The notes beneath the pieces are model-generated. The model did no database searches and was not told the origin of the DNA. It saw only the letters and a list, made by a program, of their open reading frames with translations. From Entomortierella parvispora E1425 (taxonomy: Eukaryota > Fungi > Mortierellomycota), in assembly GCA_020891255.1 (NCBI GenBank), contig BQFW01000003.1:1612001-1676000 (forward strand): a stretch of 64,000 nucleotides of DNA. Direction: 5' to 3'. Shown one piece after another: positions 32,831 through 45,921 of this stretch (its first letter is position 1; each line of letters starts with the position of its first letter). Both the position numbers and the translations under genes were made by a program.

Positions 32831-33699
32831 CCACTAAACGACAGGACGACAAGCAATTCCTCTCAGTATTGCGACAAATATGACGCTGATGCAGCCTTCA
32901 ACACCCTTCCTCACAGTAACACCTACCATTGGTGTGGAAACGTCCGTCTGCCTTACCATAGCCGTAGTTCGTGATTGAAAGCAATGAAAAGGCCAAAAGT
33001 TGCAGCCTCCTCGGTATCATGGAAATGGTCATCTTTTTTTTTTTTTTTTTTTTTTTTTCGTTTGAATCAATGTTACGTCAAGAAATGTAGATGGTATGGG
33101 CGATCTGTGTAATCTTTTGGAAGGTACGGTTTAAATAGACGCGAGGGTCCTTGTACATGTACAGTGCACATTATCTAAACCCAACAAAAAAAAATGAATT
33201 CTGCACCTCAAGCAGCACAGTTTTTGGTCTCTACCCTGTTTCATCCCCCACTCAGAATTCCTCTTCAAGCCTCTCGTTGCCTATTCTGGACCCCTCTGGA
33301 AAACTGTGTTATCCTATGAATCTCAATGCCCCGTGAAACTTCCGGGGGGGAATCAGCCAAGGTCCCTCCACAGTTACCACCTCCCACCCATCGTTGAAAT
33401 TTTCGGGTTCTCGAAACAGGATCCACGCTGCTGACGAGTGGGTCGGTAGAAGACTCCATGCAATCGATATTCAGTACCTCAGACCTTGTGACTTTGTAAT
33501 GTGGCGTGAATGGGGACAGGGATAGGGCACGGACTAGGGTAAGGATAAGGATGGGAACAAGAAAAAGGACAAGGGCAAGAATCAGGACCAGAGCAAGGAC
33601 CTGGACGAGGACAAGGTTTGTTTGTGATCTGGAATTTATTGTGAGTGATTTTGTGATGGTACTGAAGTTGGAGTTCAGGAAGGTGCTGAACCTTCCCTT

Positions 33700-34190
33700 G
33701 GGAAAGGGCTTCCTTTTGGGTCGCATTTCCAACTTGATCCAAAGTACCGGTACCAGGTTATCAGCTGTCCAGATGATCGCAGTCTGAGCATTCGAGCTTT
33801 GGTCTCTTGTTTTTGATTCGGGCATTCTCGGCAGACACACTGATCTGTACCGCTTCCGTGTCTTCATAAAACACAACATAAGCCTGATGGGCCGCTGTGC
33901 TCAAGTCACTTGAAAGCGTCTGAGCAGACAGTTTATCCGAAGAAATGAACGGTTCTCTCATTAAAAAGAACCAAGAGCGCTTGCTAAAACGTTCCATGGT
34001 CGATAATGTGCCAGAGATAACGGCTCCGCCTATTTGCCTTGCGAGTGGGTTGCAATATCGGTGTATTTTTGATCAATTCCAGCATGTCACTGTGAACAGA
34101 TTTTTCTGCTTCATAATCGAACCCTTTTTGATGAACGCTTCAACATCAAACGTGGTTTGTTCCAAGATCCAGGATAGCATGGATTCCATG
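33700..34190 (-). pseudogene. Degenerate hypothetical gene X' (inverted paralog of 31975-32270)
   Basis: Reads FDVEAFIK...SVHSDMLELIK...YLWHIIDHG...NAQTAII. DNA blocks match: 32071 with 34098, and 32226 with 33792. Confidence 0.6.
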
Positions 34191-34229
34191 GACGTGTTGG
34201 CGCGCGCTCAGCTTGACCATCAACGAATG

Positions 34230-34740
34230 CAGTATAGGACGGGGCCTTTCTAGGGGCTCCGGTCGTCCGATAGTCTTGACGACTGCCCGCCAATCAGGGC
34301 GATATTGTGTGCGCCCACCAGATCGCGGTGGATCCACCCTTGGACTCTGTACAGGCGCACATACGCATTGAAGGTTTGGCCAGCTTGGTCTTCACGCCCT
34401 TAGCAACGCGCCTCGTGCACATTGTGGTCGTAAGGTACTCGTCCACAAATGCGGTATGGGATCCCAGGGACGTGCTCTATAGTCATTAAAATAAAATAGT
34501 CAGTACTCACACTACCTCCATATTGCTCTGGAAGCGCTCTTTCAACCTTTCAACCTTTCACCCTTTTGTTACCTTTTGAGCCAAGCAGCGGAGGAACGCA
34601 ATATGCATCGAGGAGAGGCTCAGCCCCATTCTGACCCTACCGTTTTCAAGGCCAGGACACGCCTTGATGGATGGAGGTAGGACCAGAAATGCCCATTGAG
34701 AACCTGTCCATACAAGTTTGAAGACTGGCATGAGTTCGAC
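34230..34740 (-). pseudogene. TnpB/Fanzor-like RuvC C-terminal fragment, decayed
   Basis: Joined frames give SLGSHTAFVDEYLTTTMC...KLAKPSMRMCACTE(C)QGWIHRDLVGAHNIALIG...RPEPLERP. This matches the RuvC-II E, Zn finger and RuvC-III D order. Frameshifts and Cys loss. Confidence 0.7.
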
Positions 34741-35569
34741 GCCTTTTGATAAATGGGTCCAATAGTACAAGCTACAATACAGACAACCACAGCATCCAAC
34801 ATACAGTTCTGGAGACGTGGCATTAGTGCAAAAGATGAGATCGAAGGAGAGAACAGAGATCTTGGTGAGGTTGATCAGGTAGTAAGGGCAGTCATGAAGT
34901 GAGGGAGGTCAAGAGGTGAAAGTGGTCAAGAGACAAAAGTGAAGTGGTCAAGAGGCGAAAGCTTTAAATAGTCGGGGGAAGGTAGCGAAGGCGCAGGCCG
35001 TCAATCAGCAATAAAGACCACTGCGTGATGTGGATATTTGGCCTCTACTCTCTACTTTTAGCAGCCTCCCTCACAGCGCGCTATTGTAGTTGGCGCGGAG
35101 GATAATGTGAATAAAATTTAAAAATTACCAGGTCTTTTTATTCAATAAATATTATCATCACTATTTTTTAAATTAGTTTGGCTCATTTTACAGCAACTAC
35201 GACAACAACAAATACCGTGAGTCGTCCAACTTAATTCAGCCGTGTGGACCTGATCAAAGAAGCGATGTCTTTCTTACAAGAACCAGGAGACAGCATCATT
35301 GTCGGATCGATCACTCCTCTTCATCCATCCTTCGTGTGTGTGTGTGTGTGTGCGTGTGTGTGAAGCTGCTTCCTTTCTCCCCCCTCCTTCTTTCTCCCTT
35401 TCACGCTCTCTCTCCCTTCCCGCCCACATCCCGGCTCATTCTTTCTCTTCATCACCAGGAACAATCTTTGTTTCGCGTGCTGACGCTTCCGTCCCACCTT
35501 CACGGTCCCCTTGTCCTCGGTCACTTCCCTTGCTCTCCCCACAGAAGGACGCCCTAAAGACACACCACC

Positions 35570-38500
35570 ATGAGCGCCAGTCGCTTCACATATTCGTCCG
35601 CGCCGCTGCGGCGCGTGGACTGTGTCCAGTTTGGTATTCTCTCGCCAGAGGAAATTGTACGTTCAGATGTTTGTGGTCTTTATGCCTTTCATCCCATCCC
35701 TTGTTGCATGTGAATTGAGATGCAGTCAGGACAGGACCTCTGGAAACATAAACAGACAGAAGACAGACACTGCCCTTCCTTCCTCTCTCAACATCCACTC
35801 CTTGAGATGCTCTTACTCTCAACACGTCGACCAAATACGCCGAGGACTATGGCCATCAGATATACTCGACCATTTCCACTCTCCTACCCTCTCTTCCTTA
35901 ACACACTACGGGACAGTCGCAGAGATCGGATCATTATGCTGTGTTGTATTATTGTTATTCTATTTCAATATGCTTGGTGCAATCATGAAACAGAGAACAT
36001 CAGAGTTGAACTGGGCCATCCACCCGATTTTATTCTTCTGTTTTCCTAGAAAAACATGTCTGTCGCAAAGATTGAACACGCTGAACTGATCGACGAAGGC
36101 ACAAAGAGGCCCAAGATCGGAGGGTTGCATGATCCCCGCATGGGAACCATCAACCGCAACTTCAAGTGCCAGACCTGCTCGGAAGGCATGGCCGAGTGTC
36201 CCGGACATTTTGGTCACATTGAGCTGGCCAAGCCCGTCTATCTCAATGGTAATCCTTTGAGATTCTTGGGCAGTTGTTGACATTACCATTGGGTGAAGGG
36301 TCCAACAGACAGGCTAACAACCAATTACTTCTTTTTTAAATTTTACAGGTTTCCTGACCAAGGTCAAAAAGATCCTCGAGTGTGTCTGTTATTCATGTTC
36401 AAAGCTCAAGATTGACGATGTAAGCATCTTGAGATTCATGTTGAGATATGCTGTCAGTCCTTCCCGTGCTTCCCGTACGTATTACTTACTAAACTGTTTT
36501 ATACACTCCATCCAAATAGAACAACAGCAAGTTCATGAGAGCGCGAAGAATCAGAGACCCTAAAGTGCGCCTGAAGGCTGTTTGGGAGTTGGCCAAGACC
36601 AAGATGGTGTGCGAGGGTGGCGATGACATTGAAGGCGAGATGGGCGATGACATGGAGATTGATGAGCATGGAAACCCTCAGCCAAAGAAGAAGTCGCACG
36701 GCGGATGTGGACACCGTCAGCCCATCTTCCGTAAGGAAGGTCTTGGATTGAGTGTCAACTTTAAAGCCAATGCCAACGACGTAAGTTTGTTTCTGTGGAT
36801 TGCAACAGCCGTATAATAACTGTTTACTGCTTGTAACCCTTATTAACCCTCTCTTGAAATCTCTCGTTAAAACAACAGGACTCTCAACCCGAGGGCAAGA
36901 GAACTTTGACCCCAAGTGATGCATACCACATTCTGAAGCGTATCTCGAACGAGGATATTGAGGCCATGGGTCTATCAGCAGAGTTTGCTCGTCCCGAGTG
37001 GATGATCATGACTGTTCTTCCTATCCCTCCTCTTGCCGTCCGACCCAGTATTCAGATGGACGGATCCAGCACAGGAGAGGATGACTTGACTCACAAGCTG
37101 TTTGCGATCATCAAAACCAACGCTGATGTTTACCGCTGTGCCCAGGACGGAACTCCTGCTCATTTGATTCAGCAGCATGAGCAGTTGTTGCAGTACCACG
37201 TTGCCACCTACATGGATAACGACATTGCTGGTCAGCCCCCAGCAGCCCACAAGAACGGACGACCTGTATGTTATCTCTTTTGTGATGTTGCAGCCTGCGG
37301 ACCAAATTATCTATGCTAGCTGTCCCTCCTTTGCAGTCAACTGACCAAAATCTAATGTTTGTTTCTATTTCATCTAATAGTTAAAGTCTATTCGTGCTCG
37401 TCTGAAGGGCAAGGAGGGTCGTCTTCGTGGAAACTTGATGGGAAAGCGTGTGGACTTTTCGGCCCGTACTGTCATTACAGGAGATCCCAATCTGTCGATT
37501 GATGAGGTCGGAGTCCCCCGCAGTATCGCCAGAACCCTCACCTACCCCGAATTGGTCACCCCCTACAACATTGACAAACTTCAGGAGCTGGTCAGGAACG
37601 GACCCACAGAGCATCCAGGAGCTGTGTATGTGATCCGTGATGATGGACAGCGTATTGATTTGCGATGGAACAAGCGTGAGGTCCCTCTGCAGCTGGGATG
37701 GAAGGTAGAGCGACACATTAACGACGGCGATGTGGTCATTTTCAACCGTCAGCCATCTCTGCACAAGATGTCAATGATGGGACACAAGATCCGTGTCATG
37801 CCCTACTCGACTTTCCGCCTCAACTTGTCTGTCACCACCCCTTACAACGCTGATTTCGATGGAGACGAGATGAACTTGCACGTCCCTCAGTCGGTCGAGA
37901 CCCGCGCCGAGATTACCGAGATTTGCATGGTCCCACGCCAGATTGTGTCACCCCAGTCCAACAAGCCTGTCATGGGTATTGTGCAGGATACGCTGTGCGG
38001 AGTGCGCAAGTTTACCAAGCGCGACTGCTTCTTGACCAAGGAGATGGTGATGAACATTGTGATGTGGGTGCCAGGCTGGGAAGGGTTCCTGCCTACGCCT
38101 GCCATCTTGAAACCCAAGCCTCTGTGGACGGGAAAGCAGATGATCAGTATGATTATCCCCAAGGGCATCAACTGTGTGACGTTCCACTCGACCCATCCCG
38201 ATAACGAAGAGAGCGACATTTCTCCAGGCGATACCAAGGTGGTAGTGGAGAATGGCGAGCTGATCTGCGGTATTGTGTGCAAGAAGACTGTCGGAACCTC
38301 TGGAGGCGGTCTTATCCACGTCATTATGAACCAGCACGGACCTGAGGTGGCCAAGACGTTCTTCAATGGATGCCAGACGGTTGTCAACTATTGGTTGTTG
38401 CAGCACGGTTTCAGTATCGGTATTGGAGACACAGTCGCCGATCGTAGCACAGTCATGGCGATTTCATCGATTATCAACAATGCGACATCGAACGTGAACG

Positions 38501-41500
38501 ATCTGATTATCCAGGCACAGCAAGACAAGCTCGAGTGCAAGCCTGGTATGACACTGCGCGAGACGTTCGAGTCGAACGTGAACAGGGCGCTTAATACGGC
38601 GCGTGACGATGCCGGTAAAATGGCGCAGCAGAGTTTGCGCGAGGACAACAACGTGAAGCAAATGGTTATCTCTGGTTCCAAGGGTTCGTTCATTAACGTG
38701 TCCCAGATGACGGCGTGTGTGGGTCAGCAGAACGTGGAGGGTAAACGTATCCCATTCGGATTCAAGTACCGGACGCTGCCCCATTTCACAAAGGACGATC
38801 ACTCGCCCGAGAGTCGTGGATTTGTGGAGAACTCGTATCTCCGTGGTCTTACACCTCAAGAGTTTTTCTTCCACGCCATGGGAGGACGTGAAGGTAAGAG
38901 ATGGTGGAAAGTTGTTTTTATTTGTTCATTTATTTTTATTCTATTTTACTAACAACTCCTAAAACCAGGTTTGATTGATACTGCTGTCAAGACTGCCGAA
39001 ACTGGTTATATTCAGCGTCGTCTGGTCAAGGCATTGGAAGATGTCATGGTCAAGTACGATGGCACTGTCCGAAACTCTCTTGGTCACGTCATTCAGTTCT
39101 GTTATGGTGAAGACGGTATGGACGCCTGTCACGTTGAGAAGCAAAAGCTGGATACTGTCAAGATGTCGAACAAGGCATTCGAGCGAAAGTACCACATTGA
39201 CCTGACTGACAAGTCCAAGGGCTTTAAGCAAGGCACATTGGACTACAGTGTGATCAAGGCCATTGAGGAGGCCGATGTTGAGGCAGCCAAACGTGGAGAA
39301 CCTGATATGCAGACACTGTTGGAGCAAGAGTTCAAACAGCTCGAGGCTGACCGTAACCTGCTCCGCAACTATATCTTTACTGAGGGAGAAGACGGATGGC
39401 CTATGCCCACCAACATCAGACGTTACATCTGGAACTCGAAGCAAATGTTCCACGTTGACCACAAGCGACCCAGTGACTTGGATCCCCGCCATATTCTGGA
39501 GAGTATCCGCAACCTGGAAAAGCAGCTCATTGTTGTCCGAGGCACGGATCGCATCAGTGTTGAGGCACAGGACAATGCCACCCTTTTGTTCCGCATGTTG
39601 ATCCGCTCGACATTGGCTGTTCGCAGAGTCATTGAGGAGTTCCACTTGACCAGAGAGGCGTTTGACTGGGTTGTCGGAGAGATCGGATCTCGCTTCGCAC
39701 ATGCCATGGTCAACCCTGGTGAGATGGTGGGAACTGTTGCAGCCCAGTCCATTGGAGAGCCCGCTACGCAGATGACGTTGAACACTTTCCATTATGCTGG
39801 TGTGTCTTCCAAGAACGTTACACTTGGAGTACCTCGTCTGAAGGAAATTATCAACGTTGCGACCAACATCAAGACGCCATCGCTGAATGTGTACTTAACA
39901 CCCGATTGTGCTCGCAATATGGAGCGTGCCAAGCAGGTCCAGGTCGCACTGGAGTACACCAACTTGCGCAAGGTGACGTCTTCGACCGAGATTCACTATG
40001 ATCCCGATCCCGAGAACACCAACATTGCAGAGGATCAGGACTTTGTGTCGGCGTACTACGCTATGCCTGACGATGACCTGAACCTGTCCCGCACCTCGCC
40101 CTGGTTGCTTCGTATTGAACTCAACCGCAAGATGATGCTTGACAAGAAGTTGACTATGGCGGATGTGTCCAACAAGATCTCGGATGACTTCCAACGCGAC
40201 TTGATGTGTATCTGCTCTGACGACAACGCCGAAAAGCTGATTATCCGCTGCCGTATTATCAGCGAAGAGTCGGCGGACAAGCAGTCCGAGGTACAGGAAG
40301 AGGAGGATGTCTTCTTGAAGAAGATTGAGAGCAGTTTGTTGAGCTCGATTGGACTCCGTGGTATCAAGAACATTACTCGTGTGTACATGGTGGAGAAGGA
40401 AAAGATCTACATTACCACGGATGGTACATTCGACAAGCAGAAGGAGTGGTACCTCGAGACCAGTGGATCGAACTTGAAGGCGGTCATGTGCGAAGAGGAT
40501 GTCGACTCGACCCGCACGTACTCCAACAACTGTGGAGAGGTCATGTCTGTTCTCGGTATTGAGGCAGCTCGTCAGGCTCTGTTGAAGGAGTTGCGTGGAG
40601 TTATTGAGTTTGATGGTTCCTATGTCAACTACCGCCACTTGTCGCTTCTGTGCGATGTGATGACTCACCGTGGCCATCTGATGGCCATTACTCGCCATGG
40701 TATTAACCGTGCCGAGACTGGAGCTTTGATGCGCTGTTCGTTCGAGGAGACTGTGGAGATTCTGATGGAGGCAGCAGCTGTTGGTGAATTGGATGACTGC
40801 CGCGGAGTTGCCGAGAACATCATGTTGGGCCAGCTTGCACCTTTGGGTACAGGCGAGTTTGACCTGATGTTGGACGAGAAGATGCTGAGCACTGTTGTGG
40901 AGGGTCCTCGACCAGGCATGATGGGCATGGGTATGGGAATGGGTATGGGAGGCGACAACATGGCGTCCCAGATGACACCGTACGATGGACGTTCGCCCCA
41001 GTATGTGGACTTTTCGCACCCTGGATCACCCATGGATGCAGTGTTCTCGCCTATGGGCAACTCTGGAGCAAGTTCACCTATGGGAGCAGGCACCTGGGAC
41101 CCATCGAGTCCCTTTGGAGCAACGTCGCCTGGATACTCTCCCAGCTCGCCGATGTACGCGACCAGTCCTGGCTACAGTCCCACGTCGCCATCGTACTCGC
41201 CTACATCTCCCAACTATTCGCCTACGAGTCCCAGCTACTCGCCAACGTCTCCATCATACTCGCCCACATCTCCCTCCTACTCTCCTACGTCGCCATCGTA
41301 CTCTCCCACGTCGCCGTCGTATTCACCTACCTCGCCCAGTTACTCGCCCACGTCTCCCAGCTATTCACCAACGTCTCCGAGCTACTCGCCCACGAGCCAT
41401 GGCTATGGTGCAACGTCGCCTGCGTACTCGCCTACCTCGCCGAGCTACTCTCCTACTTCGCCCAGCTATTCGCCCACTTCTCCCTCGTACTCGCCGACGA

Positions 41501-41916
41501 GCCCAAGCTACTCTCCTACCAGCCCAAGCTACTCGCCCACGTCGCCGTCGTACTCTCCCACTTCTCCCTCGTACTCGCCTACGTCGCCGTCGTACTCGCC
41601 CACGTCTCCGAGCTACTCACCTACGTCCCCGTCGTACTCTCCTACGTCGCCTTCGTACTCGCCCACGTCCCCCTCGTACTCTCCTACTTCCCCCTCGTAC
41701 TCGCCCGCCAGTCCCAGCTACTCTCCCAGCTACTCTGGCTCGACCACGTTCTCGCCCATGGGGTATGGAGGAGCGGCCAACTCTGGAGCAGCGACGCCTG
41801 GACGACCTGCGTACAGCCCTGCAGGACCCAGTGGAACAGGCCCGGCCAATGGGTCTACTACGCCTCGTCAGTACCCTCCTCCTTCGGGTGGAAAGTACTC
41901 TGACGATGAAGAGTAG
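35570..41916 (+). CDS. RPB1: RNA polymerase II largest subunit, copy 2 (intact)
   Basis: Same motifs. Exons at about 35570-35656, 36050-36248, 36349-36419, 36520-36780, 36880-37265, 37381-38893 and 38969-41916. CTD with ~26 heptads. Confidence 0.98.
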
Positions 41917-42143
41917 ATCGTTGAGGATCTTGGATGCAGTCTCGAGGGCGTTCATTCCAATCCTTGAGTGACAGCAAATGAAAGGAAGGGCACTCTTTGT
42001 TTTATTGTAGCAAAATCTGAACAAACCACGAACCAAAAAAACGAATTGCAAAGAACGCAACCACACACCCAATGTATAAAACTTGAATGAATAAACACAA
42101 AAAAAAAATATGCTAAATTGTTTTCATGTTGTTGACAGATAAT

Positions 42144-42824
42144 CTATTTCTCCAAATCCATCACCCCTCGGTCGCTGCAGTCATGGTCCTGGGGACAATG
42201 AGCAGTATACGGCTTGAAAAACTTGATAGCCGTACCCAGGATCAGCATGTCTCTGTTTTTCCTCGCATTTTCGTACAGCTTCTTGAGATCGTACTTGTCA
42301 AGGTCGGTGACAACACGACCCTCGCCGTAGCTCATGATCGAATCCTCGGCGTCTGTGCCAGTATGCCTGTAGGGAACCCCCTCCCTCTCCGCATGTGTGT
42401 GGCGTAGACCGAATATATGGCCCATCTCGTGGATCATTGTTCCGACCTGCTGCTCTTTCGTTCTTGTGAACATAAGCTTGTTGATATAAAAGCTACTATA
42501 TTCGTCACTTGGGAAGAAGGCCCTGGCGTAATAGCCGAGAGAGTCATCGGCTTTCACTTCGATATCGAAATCCCGTGCACTGGTGGTACTCTCGACGATG
42601 GTGATCGGGGAAGCACTACCCCACGCGTTACATGCATCCTTGATCAGTTGGCGCACGTGCGTCTTGTCGGCATCCAGTGTATTAATCGCAAAGGAGTAGC
42701 TCAGCTCAACATTTTCATCCCACAATGGGATGAATCCTCTCTCCACATGGACATTAGCGCTTTTCTCCCTGATGCATTGCGTTACGGTGACCCTTTCGTA
42801 ATTGATATCTTGGCCCCTCAACAT
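42144..42824 (-). CDS. Zinc metalloprotease, metzincin type (matrixin/M57-like); 5' exon possibly missing
   Basis: HEMGHIFGLRH zinc motif, SIMSY Met-turn, YYARAFFP. Confidence 0.85.
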   Translation of the reverse strand: MLRGQDINYERVTVTQCIREKSANVHVERGFIPLWDENVELSYSFAINTLDADKTHVRQLIKDACNAWGSASPITIVESTTSARDFDIEVKADDSLGYYARAFFPSDEYSSFYINKLMFTRTKEQQVGTMIHEMGHIFGLRHTHAEREGVPYRHTGTDAEDSIMSYGEGRVVTDLDKYDLKKLYENARKNRDMLILGTAIKFFKPYTAHCPQDHDCSDRGVMDLEK

Positions 42825-43439
42825 ACTAAATGAAAGAGTGTTTGCATACCAGAATTAGCAATACTGCTTTTTTCATTGGTGGGTTCTTCCCTTTTTACGT
42901 CAATTGAAATTCGTAAAGCAGCCACAACGTCCCTATTTTCAGGAAGCATTCAATACCTACATGTACGAGCGAGGTTCAGAGATCGCGAGTAAGTGATATT
43001 GCAAGGTTTTATGCAGATGCTCTTGCGACGATTGAGGGGGCTGATTCTAAACTTACACAGGATCTGGAAAAGTCTGTGTAGAGTTCTTGCGATTGTTTGT
43101 CGAAGTGGCTCTTGAGATATGGAGTGTAGCAAATGTAACTGTATTGAGGCGATGTCTTGAAAATCGTCGGTTGGTGGTGATGGTTGATCAATGGTGGAAA
43201 AGTCGCGCTCTTTTTATACCGAATGCGAGGTAACATAGTCTATTTCTTTTTCTCTTCGTCAACCCCACTGTCTCCTCACACCATAATCCGACTTTGTGGC
43301 CTCTGCTACTCAGTCCAGTGTTTTTCAATGAACGGGATGTCGGTTCGATGACCAACTCGTTAAGAAATTTACAGGCACTTAGCGGGCTTAACGAAGCGAA
43401 TTCACTTTTCTCGATTCGACAAGAAACACTGCTGCTCAC

Positions 43440-43750
43440 CCCTGGCACGTCCACATGTCCCCATGCCCCTCATGCGCTGTGCTTTGCCTCCTTTTCCTTT
43501 TTTTCCTCTTCGCTGCCCACGCCCTGGCACGTTTCTTTGCTGATCTTCTTGCTCACCTTGTGCATATTATTTTCCTCCCGCTAATTACATCCTGGCACCT
43601 TCCTTTGCCTCTCTTTTCGCTCATGCGCTGTGCTTGCCTCCTTTTCCTTGTTTTTCCTCTTCGCTACCCTGGCACATTCCCACGCCATTTTCACCCATGT
43701 GCATCTTTTTTTTCTCTCGCTGCCCACACCCCAGCACATTCCCAGGACCC
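43440..43750. repeat. Imperfect pyrimidine-rich tandem repeats with CCTGGCAC units in divergent promoter
   Basis: Block 43468-43530 resembles 43620-43680. CCTGGCAC at about 43441, 43523, 43592 and 43668. Confidence 0.75.
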
Positions 43751-44076
43751 TATTTTCGTTCATATGCTATATTCTTTTATTCTTTCTTAGCTACCAACGC
43801 CCTTGGTCTTCCTCTGCACCTATGGTGTCTGGCATTCCTGTTAACATTGGTCTTCTGCTCGGCAATCAGACCGCGGACCGCATGGAGTGCGACGCCAGGA
43901 TTTACTGAAATGTTCTAAATGCTTTCAATAGGATTGATATTTCTTGCGTGCGGGTGATTTTTTTTGTATTTAAAGTCAACAGTGTGCGTTTGTCTTCCAA
44001 AATTTAGCAGCATATTTCCGCTCGTTCCATCCACACAGCACTTGCCTTAAAACTCATTCCCCTAGAATCCGTTCCA

Positions 44077-45921
44077 ATGGCTGCCGAGAATGATTTCAAC
44101 GCAGACAACGTAGCCCCTATGGAAATCCCAGGCTTCCGCGGTCAGGTGTTCACGCGCAATGGAGCTGGATATGCAACACGTGCCTACCAGTATGGTTCCA
44201 GCTCATACGCAACTCAGGGAACTATGCAACCCAGAGCAATTTATTGCCCATTGGATGACGACGATGTCATCAAAGTCATACGCTATGCCCAAGACAAAAA
44301 CATTGCTGTAGCAGTGCGCACTGGAGGCCATCAGTACTGCGGCGCGTCGTCAACATTTGGAGACAACATTCAACTCGATCTGTCTGAAACGTACCAGGCC
44401 GGTTTTGAATGGGAGAATGATGACACCATAGTGACGGTTGGTGTTAGCCACTCGTTGCGCGACTTCAATGCCAAGCTCACTGAACGAGGAAGGTTCGTGC
44501 CGCACGGTCAATGCAGCCAGGTGTACCTAGGTGGCCACGTCCAAACTGGAGGTTATGGGCAGTTGGGTCGGAGTTTTGGGCTACTCGCAGACCATGTCGA
44601 GAAGTTCCGCATCATTACCGCCCTCGATTGTAAACCCCGATGGGTTACACGTGGAGTTCGTGCCGATGAAGATTTGTTTTTCGCTGTATTGGGTGGAAGT
44701 CCAGGCAATTTCGGAGTACTCACGCATGTTACCATTCGGGTCCACAAGGACTCGGACCACAACCAGTCACGTGGCCTCAAGGCCATTTATCCGTACGACC
44801 GTGATCGTCTCAAGCGTCTGCTGGACGACATGGTGACTATGACCGAACAGACCGACTTTCCCGCCGATTACGACTACTGCGTTACGGTACTGAGCCAATT
44901 CAATTCTTTGCTTTTCCCCCCGACAACCCTTGACGAGCAAATGGTCACAGATCTAGACAGAAACCAGTCAAGCTACTGGCCTCCGATGATTATCGTTTAT
45001 GCACAGTGGGCCAACCTGGAAGGAAGTGATCAGGAATACGACTCAACATTCTTCAATGACATCAAACAAGCTGCCAGTGCATGCCCTCTATCAAAAATCT
45101 TGGTCGACAACAACGAACCTACAGCAATGTCCAGACTTGCAGCCAGTTGGATATTTCAAAATGTGCGAGAGTTCAACTTGCCTTATGTCAAGCGCGCATA
45201 CATGTCCAACTCCACGACACTCAGGAATGACGGGTGGACGGATTGGGTCAGCGACCGAGTCCAAGATATTCAGGGAGCTTTGGACAATGGATGCAAACTG
45301 TCAGTGCAAATCCAACACTTTGGTGGCACCAAATCGCGATTTTACCGAAACGATCGGAACGAGCAGGGCGAGCCGAGGAACACGACATCGTTCAGTTGGC
45401 GAGACTCGAATATCTGCTGTGTGTTGGATTGCTTTTACAGTGAAGGCTCCAGACCCATAGCCGAGGGGTGGCAAGCCGGCAACGATGAAGGAGTTGGTTC
45501 GGATCAAGCCAAATTTTGTGTGGAGGACCGTCGCGTTTTGTGGGGTTCGCACGATCCAAACTTGCATGACGTTCATAAGTATTATTACGAGGAAGCCTCC
45601 GGGAAGTACGAGCGGTTGTGTAAAATCAAGCGTGAGTATGATCCCACGGGTGTGTTTACTCCTAACGGCTTTTGCGTCGGCTCAAGCGCGGTTGTTCGAC
45701 AAGTAGGCGATCAAGCAAGACAACTGGCAGAAAGAGTAGAGTCACTGAGCATCGCTCCAGCCTTCAACTTCATTTTGGCGGATGCACCGGCGCCTTACGA
45801 TGAACATGTTTTGCAGCAAGCCGAGTTTTTGCGCAGTATGGCAAATGACGAACCCCTGGCTGAGGAATTGCAGAGGAGCCGGGACCTACAACATCAGCGT
45901 ATCTTGGATCGACTGGACTAG
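44077..45921 (+). CDS. FAD-linked oxidoreductase (FAD_binding_4 / BBE-like), 614 aa, intronless
   Basis: AVRTGGHQYCGAS (FAD-attachment His motif), GGHVQTGGYGQLGRSFGLLAD, GGSPGNFGVLT, C-terminal KIKREYDP. Confidence 0.9.
   Translation: MAAENDFNADNVAPMEIPGFRGQVFTRNGAGYATRAYQYGSSSYATQGTMQPRAIYCPLDDDDVIKVIRYAQDKNIAVAVRTGGHQYCGASSTFGDNIQLDLSETYQAGFEWENDDTIVTVGVSHSLRDFNAKLTERGRFVPHGQCSQVYLGGHVQTGGYGQLGRSFGLLADHVEKFRIITALDCKPRWVTRGVRADEDLFFAVLGGSPGNFGVLTHVTIRVHKDSDHNQSRGLKAIYPYDRDRLKRLLDDMVTMTEQTDFPADYDYCVTVLSQFNSLLFPPTTLDEQMVTDLDRNQSSYWPPMIIVYAQWANLEGSDQEYDSTFFNDIKQAASACPLSKILVDNNEPTAMSRLAASWIFQNVREFNLPYVKRAYMSNSTTLRNDGWTDWVSDRVQDIQGALDNGCKLSVQIQHFGGTKSRFYRNDRNEQGEPRNTTSFSWRDSNICCVLDCFYSEGSRPIAEGWQAGNDEGVGSDQAKFCVEDRRVLWGSHDPNLHDVHKYYYEEASGKYERLCKIKREYDPTGVFTPNGFCVGSSAVVRQVGDQARQLAERVESLSIAPAFNFILADAPAPYDEHVLQQAEFLRSMANDEPLAEELQRSRDLQHQRILDRLD

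Noticed and set aside
33480-33620. Cys/Pro-rich or Leu/Val-rich ORFs
   Set aside because: Produced by a degenerate hexamer-like repeat, with no independent coding evidence.
35657-36049. Long RPB1 intron 1 as a possible snoRNA host (393 bp, same as the PDI repeat period)
   Set aside because: No convincing C/D or H/ACA boxes seen. The length match is coincidental.
36230-36350. RPB1 PVYLNGF instead of the usual PVFHxGF-like motif
   Set aside because: Identical in both copies and outside the known Zn ligands. Cannot judge rarity without an alignment.
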